Position numbers and translations under genes: made by a program. From positions 62,001-126,000 of the IMG/VR virus record IMGVR_UViG_3300049460_000312: DNA of 64,000 nt; one strand, 5' to 3'. A model generated the notes under the pieces. It saw only the letters and a list, made by a program, of their open reading frames with translations, ran no database searches and was not told the origin of the DNA. Of the stretch, positions 1-10,244 are shown piece after piece; position 1 is the first letter of the stretch; the number at the start of each line of letters is the position of its first letter.

Positions 1-292
1 CACCCGTGGCCGTGACACCGACTTGACCCACCACGACGGTTAGATGTTCGCCCGGGGTCACGGGGATTTGGTTCTTCCAGCCTAGGCCACCACCACCCCC
101 TGAGGACCCCCAATGGCCTGTATCCTTGAAAGTGTTAATCCAGCCACCCCCGCCTGCACCGATACCCACCCCGCAGAGGAAGTAGACACCGCCCGGCACC
201 ACGAAGTCATACGTACCCGGCGTGGTAAAGGCCATCTGACCCGGCCCAGCCGCGACAGTCTTAGGCTTAATTGTTAAGAGCATTTCCAACAT
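1..292 (-). CDS. Glycine-rich tail-fibre-like protein (N-terminal part; runs off the window edge; not in the ORF track)
   Basis: Manual translation from the ATG at 292 gives MLEMLLTIKPKTVAAGPGQMAFTTPGTYDFVVPGGVYFLCGVGIGAGGGG...WKNQIPVTPGEHLTVVVG. This is a clear paralog of 304..1155 (AFTTPGTY...GGGGG...IPVTPGE). Confidence 0.8.
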   Translation of the reverse strand, partial: MLEMLLTIKPKTVAAGPGQMAFTTPGTYDFVVPGGVYFLCGVGIGAGGGGWINTFKDTGHWGSSGGGGGLGWKNQIPVTPGEHLTVVVGQVGVTATG

Positions 293-303
293 AGCTATCC
301 TTT

Positions 304-1155
304 TTACACATCCGGCACGTAATTGGGATAAGTGCGGCCCGTACCCCAAACAATCCGGCAAGCACCGGTCTGGGCAGGATCATTGGCGAAACCCGGTCCG
401 CCTTCGCTGGCACCACCACCGTATTCACCTGAGCCGGGATACTGAGAACCAGCCCCGCCCTTAGTATTAGCGGCCGTACCTGCCCCAGCGCCATTTGAGC
501 CAGCACCCAGAATACCTACACCACCGCCGCGGCCACCGGCCCCAGAACCACCCCGTAGCACGCCAAAGCCGCCACCGCCACCGCCACCGGTGCCGTTGGC
601 ACCCGGTGTGCCTGCGACGTTAGCGCCACCGGCCCCACCATTGCCTGAATAACCACCCGCACCACAACCGCCGCCGGCATATTCCCAGTAATAGACAGCC
701 GGTGTACCTGAGTCACCGCCGCCATCGCCGATACCGCCCGCATTGGTATTCAGAATCGTGGCACTTTCTGTTTGACCGCCCCCCGTGCCGCCATTAGCTT
801 GCAGCAGCACGGTACTGCCGCGCAGAATTTTCGTAACACCGCCATTACTAGCACGACCTGATTTCACGCTGGTGCCGCGATCACCTACGATAATGGTGAG
901 CGTTTCTCCGGGCGTCACTGGAATTGAGGTTTTCCAACGCAGTGAACCGCCGTAGCCTGCCGAACCCCACCCACCGGTGGAGCCTGGGCTACGATCCCAG
1001 CTGCCGCCACCGCCACCCACCCCGACTGCTGAAATAGAAAACACACCTGCTGGCACTACCCAGGAGTACGTACCGGGTGTCGTAAAAGCCACCTGATTAT
1101 TACCAACCGTCTGGCTAGTGCCTGTACCCTTTATCTGCAATAAGGCTTCTAACAT
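304..1155 (-). CDS. Glycine-rich tail-fibre-like / virion protein
   Basis: The probable start is MLEALL at 1155, inside ORF 304..1311 and downstream of a hairpin-TTTATGCCGC element. FTTPGTYSWVVPAGV, VGGGGG, PVTPGETLTIIVG and GGGGGG tracts are typical of glycine-rich phage fibre domains. Confidence 0.7.
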   Translation of the reverse strand: MLEALLQIKGTGTSQTVGNNQVAFTTPGTYSWVVPAGVFSISAVGVGGGGGSWDRSPGSTGGWGSAGYGGSLRWKTSIPVTPGETLTIIVGDRGTSVKSGRASNGGVTKILRGSTVLLQANGGTGGGQTESATILNTNAGGIGDGGGDSGTPAVYYWEYAGGGCGAGGYSGNGGAGGANVAGTPGANGTGGGGGGGFGVLRGGSGAGGRGGGVGILGAGSNGAGAGTAANTKGGAGSQYPGSGEYGGGASEGGPGFANDPAQTGACRIVWGTGRTYPNYVPDV

Positions 1156-1296
1156 TGCCGTACCCCGTTTGACTAATTCTTCGACATAGGATTTTGCGGC
1201 ATAAAGGAAAGAGAGGTGATCCCCTCCTTCCTTGTCTCCAAAAATTGACGGCATAAAAAGATCGAGCGGTTGCCCGCTCGATCTAGTAATTGCATG

Positions 1297-1667
1297 ATGG
1301 TGAAGCTGCACCCTGCCGCCGTAATCTCCTCGTACGTCGGGACCCTACTCGCCTATCCTGCAATCGGGGCACTCGGGAGAATGTCCTTAGGGTAGTGATC
1401 TTTTTCGCGTGGTAGCTTATCCGCCCAGGGGACGGGGTAATGCAAGGGGGTTAGGTGGCTTCGTCCTATCGCAGGATACTGCGCACCTGAACCGTACAGA
1501 TTGTCAAAGAAAGCGCTGCGTCATCCCGACGTGGGCGCTACTTGGTGGATTCTTCAGGACGTGATTGGGCTCCGGAATGATTACTTCTAAATGGCATGCC
1601 CTGCCTGCGTGTCAGTCTCGGTGTCATTGCTTTTGCTGTGTTCCCCGATGGGATTTAATCAGCCTGT
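1297..1667 (-). ncRNA. Candidate structured non-coding RNA (about 370 nt)
   Basis: No credible ORF. Long-range complementarities: 1321-1329/1574-1584, 1334-1342/1524-1532, 1354-1361/1471-1478, and a crossing 1342-1347/1388-1393 pair. The minus-strand ends AGGCUG...CAGCUU-C-ACCA can pair. Confidence 0.3.
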
Positions 1668-1719
1668 GTCGACGTTTGAGACCTTACTGCGTTTCCACAT
1701 AACATACAGCGATAGGCTG

Positions 1720-2052
1720 TTATTTTTTACCCTGCTCTTTCTTCATGTCCTGCAGCAGGTCATGGAGTTCCTGGGCCTGCTCCGGTGCACGCTTCTCCAT
1801 GATCTCTAGCATCAGGTCGCACATGTACGGGGGCTGGTTGATAAACTCGGTAAAGGACATGTGAAAGGCGGTGCCAATCTTCAGATCGGCAAACGCTTCC
1901 AGACGCTCGCGCAAGCGAGAGGCCACGATCGCATCTTCACACCAGTGATGTCTCACCAGCGCAAAGTGGTCGTCGGTTGCGGCCCGATGGTCGTAGATAC
2001 CATGTGACTGCTCATACCGCTCCCGCATCAAGATCTGCACATCGGTGCTCAC
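1720..2052 (-). CDS. Hypothetical protein
   Basis: 110-aa ORF with phage-like codon usage, co-oriented with 2163..3869. Confidence 0.7.
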   Translation of the reverse strand: MSTDVQILMRERYEQSHGIYDHRAATDDHFALVRHHWCEDAIVASRLRERLEAFADLKIGTAFHMSFTEFINQPPYMCDLMLEIMEKRAPEQAQELHDLLQDMKKEQGKK

Positions 2053-2162
2053 GAACCTTTTGGGTACGCGAGCGATGTCGCCGGTATGCTCCTCGATGCG
2101 GACCTCTTCGCCGAACTTCCAATCCCCGACATGCTTGGAATTGGCGATTTCGGCTTCTGTGG

Positions 2163-3869
2163 TTAGCGGCGGCTGATGATATCGACGCGCTGCGCGAGAA
2201 GGGTAAAAAAAGTGTTCACCACATCGATCGGAATCAGGTGCGGGAAGCGGGGCAAACCCATTTCCTTGCCGCTGGTTTCCGGGATCGCAATCAGGGCACG
2301 CGTGGAGTCGTCCTTGAACTTGTTGATCGCTTCGTCCACCAGGCGGGTCGCTTCCTCATCCACCGACAGCACGTTGAGCACTTCCGCGATATCCTCACGG
2401 CTGGTGTTCTCGTTGCCTTCGATGATGATCGACTTGACCCAGGCGCCGTTGTTGCGCAGGCGCGAAGCCCGTGCGTGCGTCTCGATCATGCGGTTGCGTT
2501 CGGCTTCGTTAGGGGCGGCCTGCGTGAACGTCGAGTCCACGGTCTGCACGATACCCGCAATCCAGTGCTCGCCATCGGCGATGTAGTTGTCCACATCGGT
2601 CGAGGCCACGAGCACTTCCAGGCCCGGCTTGATTTCCACCCGACGACCGTTGGCGAGCGACGGAATGAACGTGGCCTGGTAGTCCTTCACCTGGTCCAAG
2701 GTCATCTTGCCGCGCTGACGGTTGGCCATGTGCGCCCGGTGCTTCGGCTCGAAACTGGCGTTGTCCACCCACATCAGCTTGCCCAGGTTGATCTTGGCGG
2801 AGACCGTTTGGGTATTCTCGATCCCTTCCTTGGTCACCAGCGAGCGCACGTAGTCGAAACCACGCGGCCAGATCAAACAAGCCAGGCCCCAGAACAGGAT
2901 GTTCAGATCCTGAATCTTGATCAGTGAACGCAACTCTTGATTGCTGTCCACCCGGACGCTATGCTCGTAGATGTGCTCGAAGCAGAAGTCGAGCAGCCAG
3001 CTGTTGATGTAGCTCTGCTCGTTGGAGAACACCAGGCCGAAGGTCTCGCGACCCAGCTCGATCTTCTCTTCCTGCAGACGGCGTTGCAGCTCGATGAGTG
3101 CCGACTCGGTCGGCGTGGTGAGCGTGATCCAGAAGCCCGAGTGCCACAGCGGAATCGAGACGATGCCGCCCAGTCCCATGATTGAGCGTACGCGCAGGAT
3201 ACCCTTCTCACCAGTGTAACCACCCGCGCCGGCTTCAGCGATCTTCGGGGCCGAGAAACCCAGCTTGCCCGATTCCGCTTCCAGATACTGCAGATAATTA
3301 CTGCCGTCGAAATTCACGGAAGCTTCAAAGCGACGGTCCACGTAGACACTGCGCGAAGCAGCCGCCACGATGGACTCGTTCCAGTCAGCGCCCTTGCCGG
3401 TACGCAGCGAGTTCGGCGACACAAACGCACGGATGCGCTCGTCCACCTTCTTGCCGCGCTCCGACAGGAAGAACATCACTTCGTTCTGGCCGTTCAGGTC
3501 CGTGCGCTCCGACAGAGGCACCGGTGTACTGGTGTAGTCCATCGTGAGTGTGACGCCCTTGTTCTCCGCCGGCCCGAGCGACAGGCCGTCGAAGTCGTTG
3601 TTCTCCGGCGCGCCTGGGGTGGCCAGGTTGATCGTACCACTGGTGGTCTGACCCACGAGCACCGGACGTTCTTTCTGGTCTTGCTGCGGCGCTGCGGCCG
3701 CAGCCGCAGACGTAGCCGGGGCTGCCGGAGCAACCGCCGCAGCAGCAGGCGCGACAGCCGCGGGGGCAGGCGCCCGTACGGGCGAGTTAATCGTCACCAC
3801 CGGATCTTGCGCCGGGAGTTGCGACGGATCGATCGCGGGCGGATTGCCTTGTTCGTTGTTCTCACTCAT
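2163..3869 (-). CDS. Large hypothetical protein, probably a conserved phiKZ-like structural protein
   Basis: 568-aa ORF with strong codon bias; a Pro/Ala-rich N-terminal linker precedes a globular region. No motif recognised. Confidence 0.6.
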   Translation of the reverse strand: MSENNEQGNPPAIDPSQLPAQDPVVTINSPVRAPAPAAVAPAAAAVAPAAPATSAAAAAAPQQDQKERPVLVGQTTSGTINLATPGAPENNDFDGLSLGPAENKGVTLTMDYTSTPVPLSERTDLNGQNEVMFFLSERGKKVDERIRAFVSPNSLRTGKGADWNESIVAAASRSVYVDRRFEASVNFDGSNYLQYLEAESGKLGFSAPKIAEAGAGGYTGEKGILRVRSIMGLGGIVSIPLWHSGFWITLTTPTESALIELQRRLQEEKIELGRETFGLVFSNEQSYINSWLLDFCFEHIYEHSVRVDSNQELRSLIKIQDLNILFWGLACLIWPRGFDYVRSLVTKEGIENTQTVSAKINLGKLMWVDNASFEPKHRAHMANRQRGKMTLDQVKDYQATFIPSLANGRRVEIKPGLEVLVASTDVDNYIADGEHWIAGIVQTVDSTFTQAAPNEAERNRMIETHARASRLRNNGAWVKSIIIEGNENTSREDIAEVLNVLSVDEEATRLVDEAINKFKDDSTRALIAIPETSGKEMGLPRFPHLIPIDVVNTFFTLLAQRVDIISRR

Positions 3870-3884
3870 GTTGCGAGTTCCTGG

Positions 3885-4685
3885 TTAAGCCGGTTCTGCT
3901 TCGGCTGCGGGCGCGGCGGCCTGCGGTTCTTCGGGAACGGGCACGGGATCGGCACCAGTCGTGTCGGCGACGATATTGCGGATCTTCGCGAGATTGCTCA
4001 GCAGCTTGTGGTTCAGTTCCGCGGCGAGTTCCGGGTTCGTGTCCTTCAGCTTGAGCAGTCCTTCTTGCAGCTGTTCCGAGGCATGCACGACGAGCGGCAT
4101 CAGCGCGCTATCGTAACGCTCCATAAACTGCACGTATTCCGAGAACACCGCGCAGGAGATCATCAGGTCTTCCTGGCTGATCGCGCCCTTGTCCTTGTCC
4201 TTGTGCTGGGCACGGATCTTGCCGAGTTCTTCGACGAGCTTCTTCGTGTCGTTGGTGATCGCGTGGATGTTGCGCGAGAGCAGACGCTTGTTGGTGACGT
4301 GCACCAGCAGCTCTTCTTCCTTCAGCAGCGGCACGAGAGCCAGCGACGTACGCAGCAGGTCGATACAGGCGAAGTAGATGCCGTTGACTTCGGTCCAGGC
4401 GTCGTTGGTCGCGAAGTAATGATCCGCGTGCTTTTCCCACGAACGCTTCTCGCCCTTACGGCTGCGCTGGTTGGCACCGATCGTGCCCTTGCCCATTTCC
4501 TGGACAGCGTCCGACAGCAACTTCTTGGCGCGAGGCGACGGCACCGCTGCGGCGGCCGTCATCAGTTGTCCTACCGTGGCGATGGCCGCGACGGAGTCTT
4601 GATGCTGTTCTGCTTCCTTGAGCTGAGCGGCCGGCGTCTTGGGCCACTTGATGCCCGGATTTTTGGGTCGGGAGTTCTTTGCCAT
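3885..4685 (-). CDS. Hypothetical helical protein
   Basis: 266-aa ORF with a CACATTAC promoter-like motif upstream (4723-4730). Confidence 0.7.
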   Translation of the reverse strand: MAKNSRPKNPGIKWPKTPAAQLKEAEQHQDSVAAIATVGQLMTAAAAVPSPRAKKLLSDAVQEMGKGTIGANQRSRKGEKRSWEKHADHYFATNDAWTEVNGIYFACIDLLRTSLALVPLLKEEELLVHVTNKRLLSRNIHAITNDTKKLVEELGKIRAQHKDKDKGAISQEDLMISCAVFSEYVQFMERYDSALMPLVVHASEQLQEGLLKLKDTNPELAAELNHKLLSNLAKIRNIVADTTGADPVPVPEEPQAAAPAAEAEPA

Positions 4686-4862
4686 GGTAGTAGTTTGGTA
4701 ATTCGGGGTGGTGATGGAACATGTAATGTGGCGAATCTTTTGATACGTCGAAAATGACGTCCGCCAAATACAGCACTACAGAATTTCAGGCAAGGTAAAT
4801 AAATACATGAAAACTATTTACCAGCGCTTCTGGGTTCTATAGAAAGACATGAGGAAGTAATA

Positions 4863-5741
4863 ATGCTCGCAATCTTGCAAGACCATCTGAGTCTGTCGGT
4901 GGCGCCCGAGTTGATGGCGCTCTATGAACGGGCCAATGACCTGTTCGACAAATACGACCTGGAGGACTACCAGCTCGGCTACGAAGACCTGCTGGTCTCG
5001 GCTGACGGAGCAGGCGACGGCGTCTCGGTGATGGATAACGACGCGATCTGGCGTCTGACCATGCAGTACCTCCAACAGATCACCACCGAGCATCAGATCA
5101 CCCTCAGTGCCGAAGCGGGTCTGCTGCAATATATTCAGGTGCTGGAGTTCGTGCGGCAGATCGAAGCCACTGAGCTGACCCAGGAGTGTCTGGATGCGCT
5201 CTCCTGTGACGAGTTCGATAACAAGGATGCCTTTGAGCGCTGCATGCTGATCGTCTCGGACATTCCCGAAGAAGAGAGCATGCTCTACATCGAATCGATT
5301 CCGGACTGCGTGATTGCGACGATGCGAGAGTATTTCTTCCGTCGCACGGAGCTGGAGATTGAAACCGAACGACTCGACCCGGCTTCCAAGGAAGTCTACC
5401 GAGAGATGGACAAGTTTGCCCGGGTGATCAAGGGCCAGGACATGCGCTGCTACAAGTACCTCTTCGATGAGGAAGGGGCGCTGAACCTGCCGTTCGAACA
5501 CCACTGGCGCGAGAATGAGCAATACCTGTTGCACCTGCCCGTGGAAGCGATGGTCTACGAGTGTATCGGTTACGCACTGATTTCCGAAGACGGTCTCAAG
5601 AACCCGCAACAGACCATCATGGACTGTGTTGGCAAAGCCGTCTCCGATCTGGAACGGGTCACTACGATCCAGTACCAGATTTCCAAAACCCTGATCGAGT
5701 ACCGGAATGAAGTCGCCTCCGGGATCGGTCTCGTTGTCTAA
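4863..5741 (+). CDS. Hypothetical acidic protein co-transcribed with the virion RNAP subunit
   Basis: 292-aa ORF with a GAGGA RBS, ending 6 nt before the RNAP gene. Confidence 0.75.
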   Translation: MLAILQDHLSLSVAPELMALYERANDLFDKYDLEDYQLGYEDLLVSADGAGDGVSVMDNDAIWRLTMQYLQQITTEHQITLSAEAGLLQYIQVLEFVRQIEATELTQECLDALSCDEFDNKDAFERCMLIVSDIPEEESMLYIESIPDCVIATMREYFFRRTELEIETERLDPASKEVYREMDKFARVIKGQDMRCYKYLFDEEGALNLPFEHHWRENEQYLLHLPVEAMVYECIGYALISEDGLKNPQQTIMDCVGKAVSDLERVTTIQYQISKTLIEYRNEVASGIGLVV

Positions 5742-5747
5742 ACCGTC

Positions 5748-7088
5748 ATGAATAAACGTGAGTTTTATCTCCGCGCGCTCGCCAATGACGCGTATCTGGT
5801 TACGGCCTGGAATATCGCCTGTTACAGCCTGATCGCCGAAGGGCCAGAAGACTGGAAGCACAACGCCTATCCGTACCGGCTCGTGCAGTTGCCGAACTCG
5901 TACTACTTCGTTGACCCGGAGGACACCTCCAAGCTGATCCAGATTACGGACGGCATAGCGGGCAAGCCGCTCTTCGCCCGCAATGAGCTGATCGAGCTGG
6001 ATGTCGGCGAATTGCCCAACGTCTACGAAAAGGTGATTACCACCTATGGTAACGTGCTCGCGAACCAGATCGTGCTGGTGCGCGCATTCGGTGCCAAGAT
6101 CAAGTTCCAGGTCGGACGGATGAATATCCGTAAGATCGAGAAGATCATCGAGATGCGTCTGCAGGACAAGCGCGACGCCGAAGGACTGGTGGAAGCGGGT
6201 CTGGGTTCGGACGAGGGCAGTAACCTGCTCAAAGCGCCGATCTACGTCGACGAGTACCTGCGCTTCTGTGACGGCGCTTTCTCGCTCGTGGCTTACACCC
6301 AACTCTTCACGCCTGCGGACACGCGCAAGACCATGACCGCGCCACCTGGGGTCAAGGAACTGCGCGATATGCTGGTCAAGCAGAATAAGGATCACCTGCA
6401 TGACCGGGCTGTGGTGGCTGACATCGGGGAGAAGTTGCAGAAGCTGGACGCTGAGTATCTGAAGGGCGACCGCGGTGAGGACTTCCTGATCACGGGCAAG
6501 CTGCGTAAGATCGTGCGCCCGCGTCTGTTCCTGATGTATGGTGCGGAAACCGGCGTGGAAGAAAAGGTGGACGTCGACCTGATCCAGAATTCGCTCGCTG
6601 AAGGTTGGGACATCGACAAGTTCCCCTCGATGAACAACGCATTGCGGGCCGGCTCGTTTAACCGCGGCAAGCAGACCGAGCTCGGTGGGGAGGCGGTGAA
6701 GGATCTGTTCCGTGCTTCGGGTAACCTGAAGATCTCCAGTCCCGACTGTGGTTCGACAGTGGGTCTGCCGACCTATGTCGAGGAAGACCAGGCTGATCGC
6801 ATTATTGGCTTCAGCGTGATCGAAGCAGGTGGTCCGACCAAGGTCACGCAGGATAACGTGGGTAACTACCTGGGCAAGCAGATCTCGTTGCGCTCCTCGA
6901 TGACCTGCAAGAACTCGGTAACTGACTATTGCGCGGTGTGTCTGGGCGATCGTCTCGCTAATACGCCGACGGGGTTATCCATGGCGGTGGCGGACTATGG
7001 TTCAGCGTTCCTGGAAATCTATATGAGTGCGGCTCACTCCAAAGGTATTCAGGTAGCGAGGCTGGACATCAAGAAGCAGCTGATGTAA
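5748..7088 (+). CDS. rpoC: Virion RNA polymerase beta' subunit, middle fragment (phiKZ gp80-like)
   Basis: DCGSTVG...LRSSMTCKNSVTDYCAVCLG matches the RpoC second zinc site (DCG...RSxxxC...CxxCYG). A size of 446 aa and the position fit the split virion RNAP of phiKZ-like phages. Confidence 0.8.
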   Translation: MNKREFYLRALANDAYLVTAWNIACYSLIAEGPEDWKHNAYPYRLVQLPNSYYFVDPEDTSKLIQITDGIAGKPLFARNELIELDVGELPNVYEKVITTYGNVLANQIVLVRAFGAKIKFQVGRMNIRKIEKIIEMRLQDKRDAEGLVEAGLGSDEGSNLLKAPIYVDEYLRFCDGAFSLVAYTQLFTPADTRKTMTAPPGVKELRDMLVKQNKDHLHDRAVVADIGEKLQKLDAEYLKGDRGEDFLITGKLRKIVRPRLFLMYGAETGVEEKVDVDLIQNSLAEGWDIDKFPSMNNALRAGSFNRGKQTELGGEAVKDLFRASGNLKISSPDCGSTVGLPTYVEEDQADRIIGFSVIEAGGPTKVTQDNVGNYLGKQISLRSSMTCKNSVTDYCAVCLGDRLANTPTGLSMAVADYGSAFLEIYMSAAHSKGIQVARLDIKKQLM

Positions 7089-7089
7089 A

Positions 7090-7129
7090 GCGGCATAGCG
7101 GACGGGCCTGGGCCCGTCCTTTATGTCGC
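7090..7129. promoter_or_regulatory. CATA-hairpin-TATG intergenic element (terminator and/or late promoter)
   Basis: GCGGCATA-GC-GGACGGGCC-T-GGGCCCGTCC-TTTATGTCGC; the TATG lies about 30 nt upstream of the 7157 start. Confidence 0.65.
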
Positions 7130-7156
7130 ATTTTATGTCAAGCTGAGGAATACACT

Positions 7157-7858
7157 ATGTTAGAACTTTTATTAGCAGGGAAGGGCCAGCCTGCGCAAAT
7201 TGGTGTGCAGTATAACGGGATTATTCCGGCGGCTTCCCTCATTACGGGTTCAGCACTCTGGGCAGCCATTGGCGCCAGTGGTGGAACCGCTTTTAATGAC
7301 ACCGAAGGATGGCTCAGCTTCGTCCTCGATGGCAAGACTTTGCTAGTTGCCAAAAAAGCTTTTCGTTATAGCGTCACATGGACATCCATCTACAACGCTG
7401 GAGCAGTGTATGGACGTGATGACACGGGACCTGCCGGTCTGTCTTATGCAGGCCTGACAGCGGCGGCGCAGAACAAACGTGTCACCATTAACGGCACGAC
7501 TTACAAGGTGAGATTGCTCACCGGATCAAACACGAACCCGGCACCGAACACGACGGGGGATGCCTTGACCACCACGGCGAACTCGGAATGGGATCGTTTG
7601 ATGTATGCGGTGGCTGCTTCCCGACCGGCTATCTACACCGGTCCCGTCTTGGACAATCTCTCTGACATGGATCTGGGAATCGTCAGCAAAGATGCCGGTG
7701 AAGGCAACGGAGGTTATACCTGGTGTGTGGAACAACACGGCTATGGTGCTACGTATCGCGTCTGTCGTGGATTCTACGATGTGGGCTTTGTGTATCGTGA
7801 AACAGTGAGTTTGTCCAATATTGGCTGGGGCTGGCGTCCAGTGCTCGAAGCCATTTAA
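7157..7858 (+). CDS. Virion/tail-associated paralog-family protein (WRPVLE family)
   Basis: Aligns by eye with 13011..13742 and 60997..61692 (ITGSAL, GWLxF, YxxGAVYG, RVTING, VRL, SEWxRL, C-terminal WRPVLE). Confidence 0.7.
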   Translation: MLELLLAGKGQPAQIGVQYNGIIPAASLITGSALWAAIGASGGTAFNDTEGWLSFVLDGKTLLVAKKAFRYSVTWTSIYNAGAVYGRDDTGPAGLSYAGLTAAAQNKRVTINGTTYKVRLLTGSNTNPAPNTTGDALTTTANSEWDRLMYAVAASRPAIYTGPVLDNLSDMDLGIVSKDAGEGNGGYTWCVEQHGYGATYRVCRGFYDVGFVYRETVSLSNIGWGWRPVLEAI

Positions 7859-7915
7859 CCACACGGAAGCAGGACTTCGGTCCTGCTTTTATGCCGCTCA
7901 GTCCTTTACGAATAC

Positions 7916-7963
7916 AAAAAAAAAAGAGGCCGAAGCCTCTTAGCTCTCCGGTTTCCCGGAGAG
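7916..7963 (-). terminator. Double-hairpin intrinsic terminator after the adhesin gene
   Basis: CTCTCCGG-N4-CCGGAGAG, then AGAGGC-TTCG-GCCTCT followed by a 10-T run on the minus strand. Confidence 0.8.
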
Positions 7964-7976
7964 CGTTTAAGCCAGT

Positions 7977-10184
7977 TTAGAACTGGAAGCCAGCCGAGCC
8001 GACGGCTGCGACATCGCCGCGGGTGCTGCTGGACAGACCCGCCTTGATGACCCAACGGTTGTCACCCGTCACCGTCGACACGCCCACTGCAATGCCTTGC
8101 TGACCATGGTAGGTCGACACGGCAGCAGAGATCATCGACTTGCCCGCTTGCGTCGGTTGCGGCAGACCTGCGATCGCCAGCACCGACGCAAGACCACCGT
8201 AGTTGTCTTTCTTGTAGCTGTCGAACTGGTTCTGCAGATTGCTCACCGCCTTGTCGGTGTAAGCGTACGACTGCTGCTGTGCGTAATTCACCTGACCCAC
8301 GTTGGCGGCATCCGTCGGCGCAGTACCGGCCGCTACGTGCGTGATCTGACGTTCGTTGCCGGCAGCGCCCACCGACACCGTGTTGTCACGATCGGCCACC
8401 GAGTCGGCACCCAGCGCTACCGAGTTCTTCGACGTGACCTGAGCTTTCGCACCCATCTGGCCCTTGTTCATGCTATCGCGCCAGTTGGACAGGTTGTCGA
8501 TCGACTTGGTGTTGCCAGTGATCTGCGTTTGCAGACCTGCTTCCGCCGTGGTAGCCCGTGTCGTTTCGTTGTCGATCTTCGTGTTCAGGCCAGCTTCAGC
8601 CGTTTGCGCGCGAGTCGATTCCGAATTGATGTTGGCCTGCAGCTGGCCTTCCGCGGCTTGGGCACGACCGGACTCAGCACCGACCGCCTTGTCCGTGTAG
8701 TGGTTGGCCGAGCCGAGCGTCTTGCCTGCGACGTAGTCGGTGTAACCCGCCGACGTAGCCACTGCGCCCACGTAAGCTGCCGCAGCAGCTGCATTTGCGT
8801 GCTGGTTCGCTGACGCGAGCGTCTTGGCGTCACCCTTATCCGCATACGACTGAGCGGACTGGAGCGTCGCTGCGTCGCCCGCTTGCTGTTGGGTTTGCAG
8901 GTCATGAGCTACGTTGTTCGTGTAATCGAACGACGTATCGATGGCGGTTTGCACACCCTTGGCAACTGACGTGTCGGTGTAGCTGTTAGCCGACTGCAGT
9001 GTTGCAGCATCACCAGCAGCCCGGGCTTGGGCTTCGGCCTTGATGTCGTGGGCATTCTTGGCCGAGGAAGCCAGGGCTGCGCCACCAACGGCCAGCGCGA
9101 TGTCAGCAGTGCCTTGCGCATGCGCTGCAGCACCTGCGGCGGCGTTAGCCGTACCTTGTGCTTTGTTCACTCCCGACTGCAGACCGGCTTCTGCCGTTTC
9201 AGCACGCGACGTTTCGGACGAGATGGCTTTACCATTTGCGTCTGCCTTGGCATTGGCTGTGTTGGCCGTTGCTTGGGCGTGCTGTGCGTCGCCTTCTGCC
9301 TTCACGGCGATGGCACCCGCTACCAGACCAACACCGAGGGCGGCATCTGCCGTACCTTGTGCATGGGCGGCGGCGCTGCCCGCTGCGGCAGCGGCTGCGT
9401 CAGCATGGTTAGCCGTGCCCTGAGCAGCCGTGGCAGCCTTACCTGCTGCATCGGCCTTCGAGCCCGCGACGTTCGCTGCAGCAGCCGCACCTTCCGCGAC
9501 ACCTTCAGCGTGACCCGCGACGATTGCTGCACCCGTAGCCGTGATCGTGGCACTGGTTGCGATACCCACTGCAACGTCTGCCTTTACGTCCGCACCCTTG
9601 GCGATGGTCGAGGCTTGGTTCGCCGTCGAGACGGCCTGTTGCGAGTTAGACAAGGCCGTGCCGGCTGTGGCGCTCACGCCGTTGACTTGCGATTGCAGGT
9701 TGGCTTCGGCACCCTTGGCACGTGCGGCTTCGTTGGCGACACCGATATCGGCATGGATATTGGCAGAAGCCAGCGTACCGGCTGCGGTATCGGTCACTTC
9801 CTGATGCGTGGCGCTGTTGAGCTGCAGCTCATTGATCGCCGAGGAGTTCGCACTGGTTTGCGTTTGCACCTTAGTGACGTTGGCGTTGGTCGCGTCAAGC
9901 TGGGAGGAGGTTGCAACACCTGTTACCGAACCCGTGACCTTGGTGCCGTTCGACAGCGTCGTGGTAGACGTGTTGCCGTTGATCGACACACTCGTGACCG
10001 TTGCACCGTCTTTGCCGGCTGCACCGGTTGCGCCGATGTCACCCTTGTCACCCTTGTCGCCCTTGTCGCCCTTCGGGCCCTGCTGGCCTTCGCAGGAGAA
10101 AATGTTGCAACTCGTGGCGTGCGCACCCATCGAGAGTGCGGCGAAGGAAGCGAAGACAGCAGCAGCAATGAGATTCTTTTTCAT
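7977..10184 (-). CDS. Trimeric autotransporter adhesin (YadA/Hia family) with a collagen-like segment
   Basis: Sec signal [23 protein letters not shown]; (GXY)10 collagen repeat; Ala-rich stalk with SANxYTD motifs; NSVALG head; neck [20 protein letters not shown]; YadA anchor [14 protein letters not shown]...beta strands ending AGFQF. Confidence 0.92.
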   Translation of the reverse strand: MKKNLIAAAVFASFAALSMGAHATSCNIFSCEGQQGPKGDKGDKGDKGDIGATGAAGKDGATVTSVSINGNTSTTTLSNGTKVTGSVTGVATSSQLDATNANVTKVQTQTSANSSAINELQLNSATHQEVTDTAAGTLASANIHADIGVANEAARAKGAEANLQSQVNGVSATAGTALSNSQQAVSTANQASTIAKGADVKADVAVGIATSATITATGAAIVAGHAEGVAEGAAAAANVAGSKADAAGKAATAAQGTANHADAAAAAAGSAAAHAQGTADAALGVGLVAGAIAVKAEGDAQHAQATANTANAKADANGKAISSETSRAETAEAGLQSGVNKAQGTANAAAGAAAHAQGTADIALAVGGAALASSAKNAHDIKAEAQARAAGDAATLQSANSYTDTSVAKGVQTAIDTSFDYTNNVAHDLQTQQQAGDAATLQSAQSYADKGDAKTLASANQHANAAAAAAYVGAVATSAGYTDYVAGKTLGSANHYTDKAVGAESGRAQAAEGQLQANINSESTRAQTAEAGLNTKIDNETTRATTAEAGLQTQITGNTKSIDNLSNWRDSMNKGQMGAKAQVTSKNSVALGADSVADRDNTVSVGAAGNERQITHVAAGTAPTDAANVGQVNYAQQQSYAYTDKAVSNLQNQFDSYKKDNYGGLASVLAIAGLPQPTQAGKSMISAAVSTYHGQQGIAVGVSTVTGDNRWVIKAGLSSSTRGDVAAVGSAGFQF

Positions 10185-10244
10185 GTTGTATCCTGAATTC
10201 CTGATTGAGAGAAGGTTAGATAAGCTGCAAATGGTTGGTACAGC

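Noticed and set aside
1297-1667. Canonical tmRNA or RNase P RNA
   Set aside because: There is no T-arm (GGTTCRA) before the ACCA end, position 1 of the acceptor stem mismatches, and the RNase P motif GAGGAAAGUCC is absent. It is kept only as an unclassified ncRNA candidate.
7977-10184. Host-DNA contamination or a prophage boundary at the adhesin
   Set aside because: It is flanked on both sides by phage-type intergenic elements and has the phage promoter-like motif. No integrase, att site or other host genes are nearby. Read-level confirmation is still advisable.
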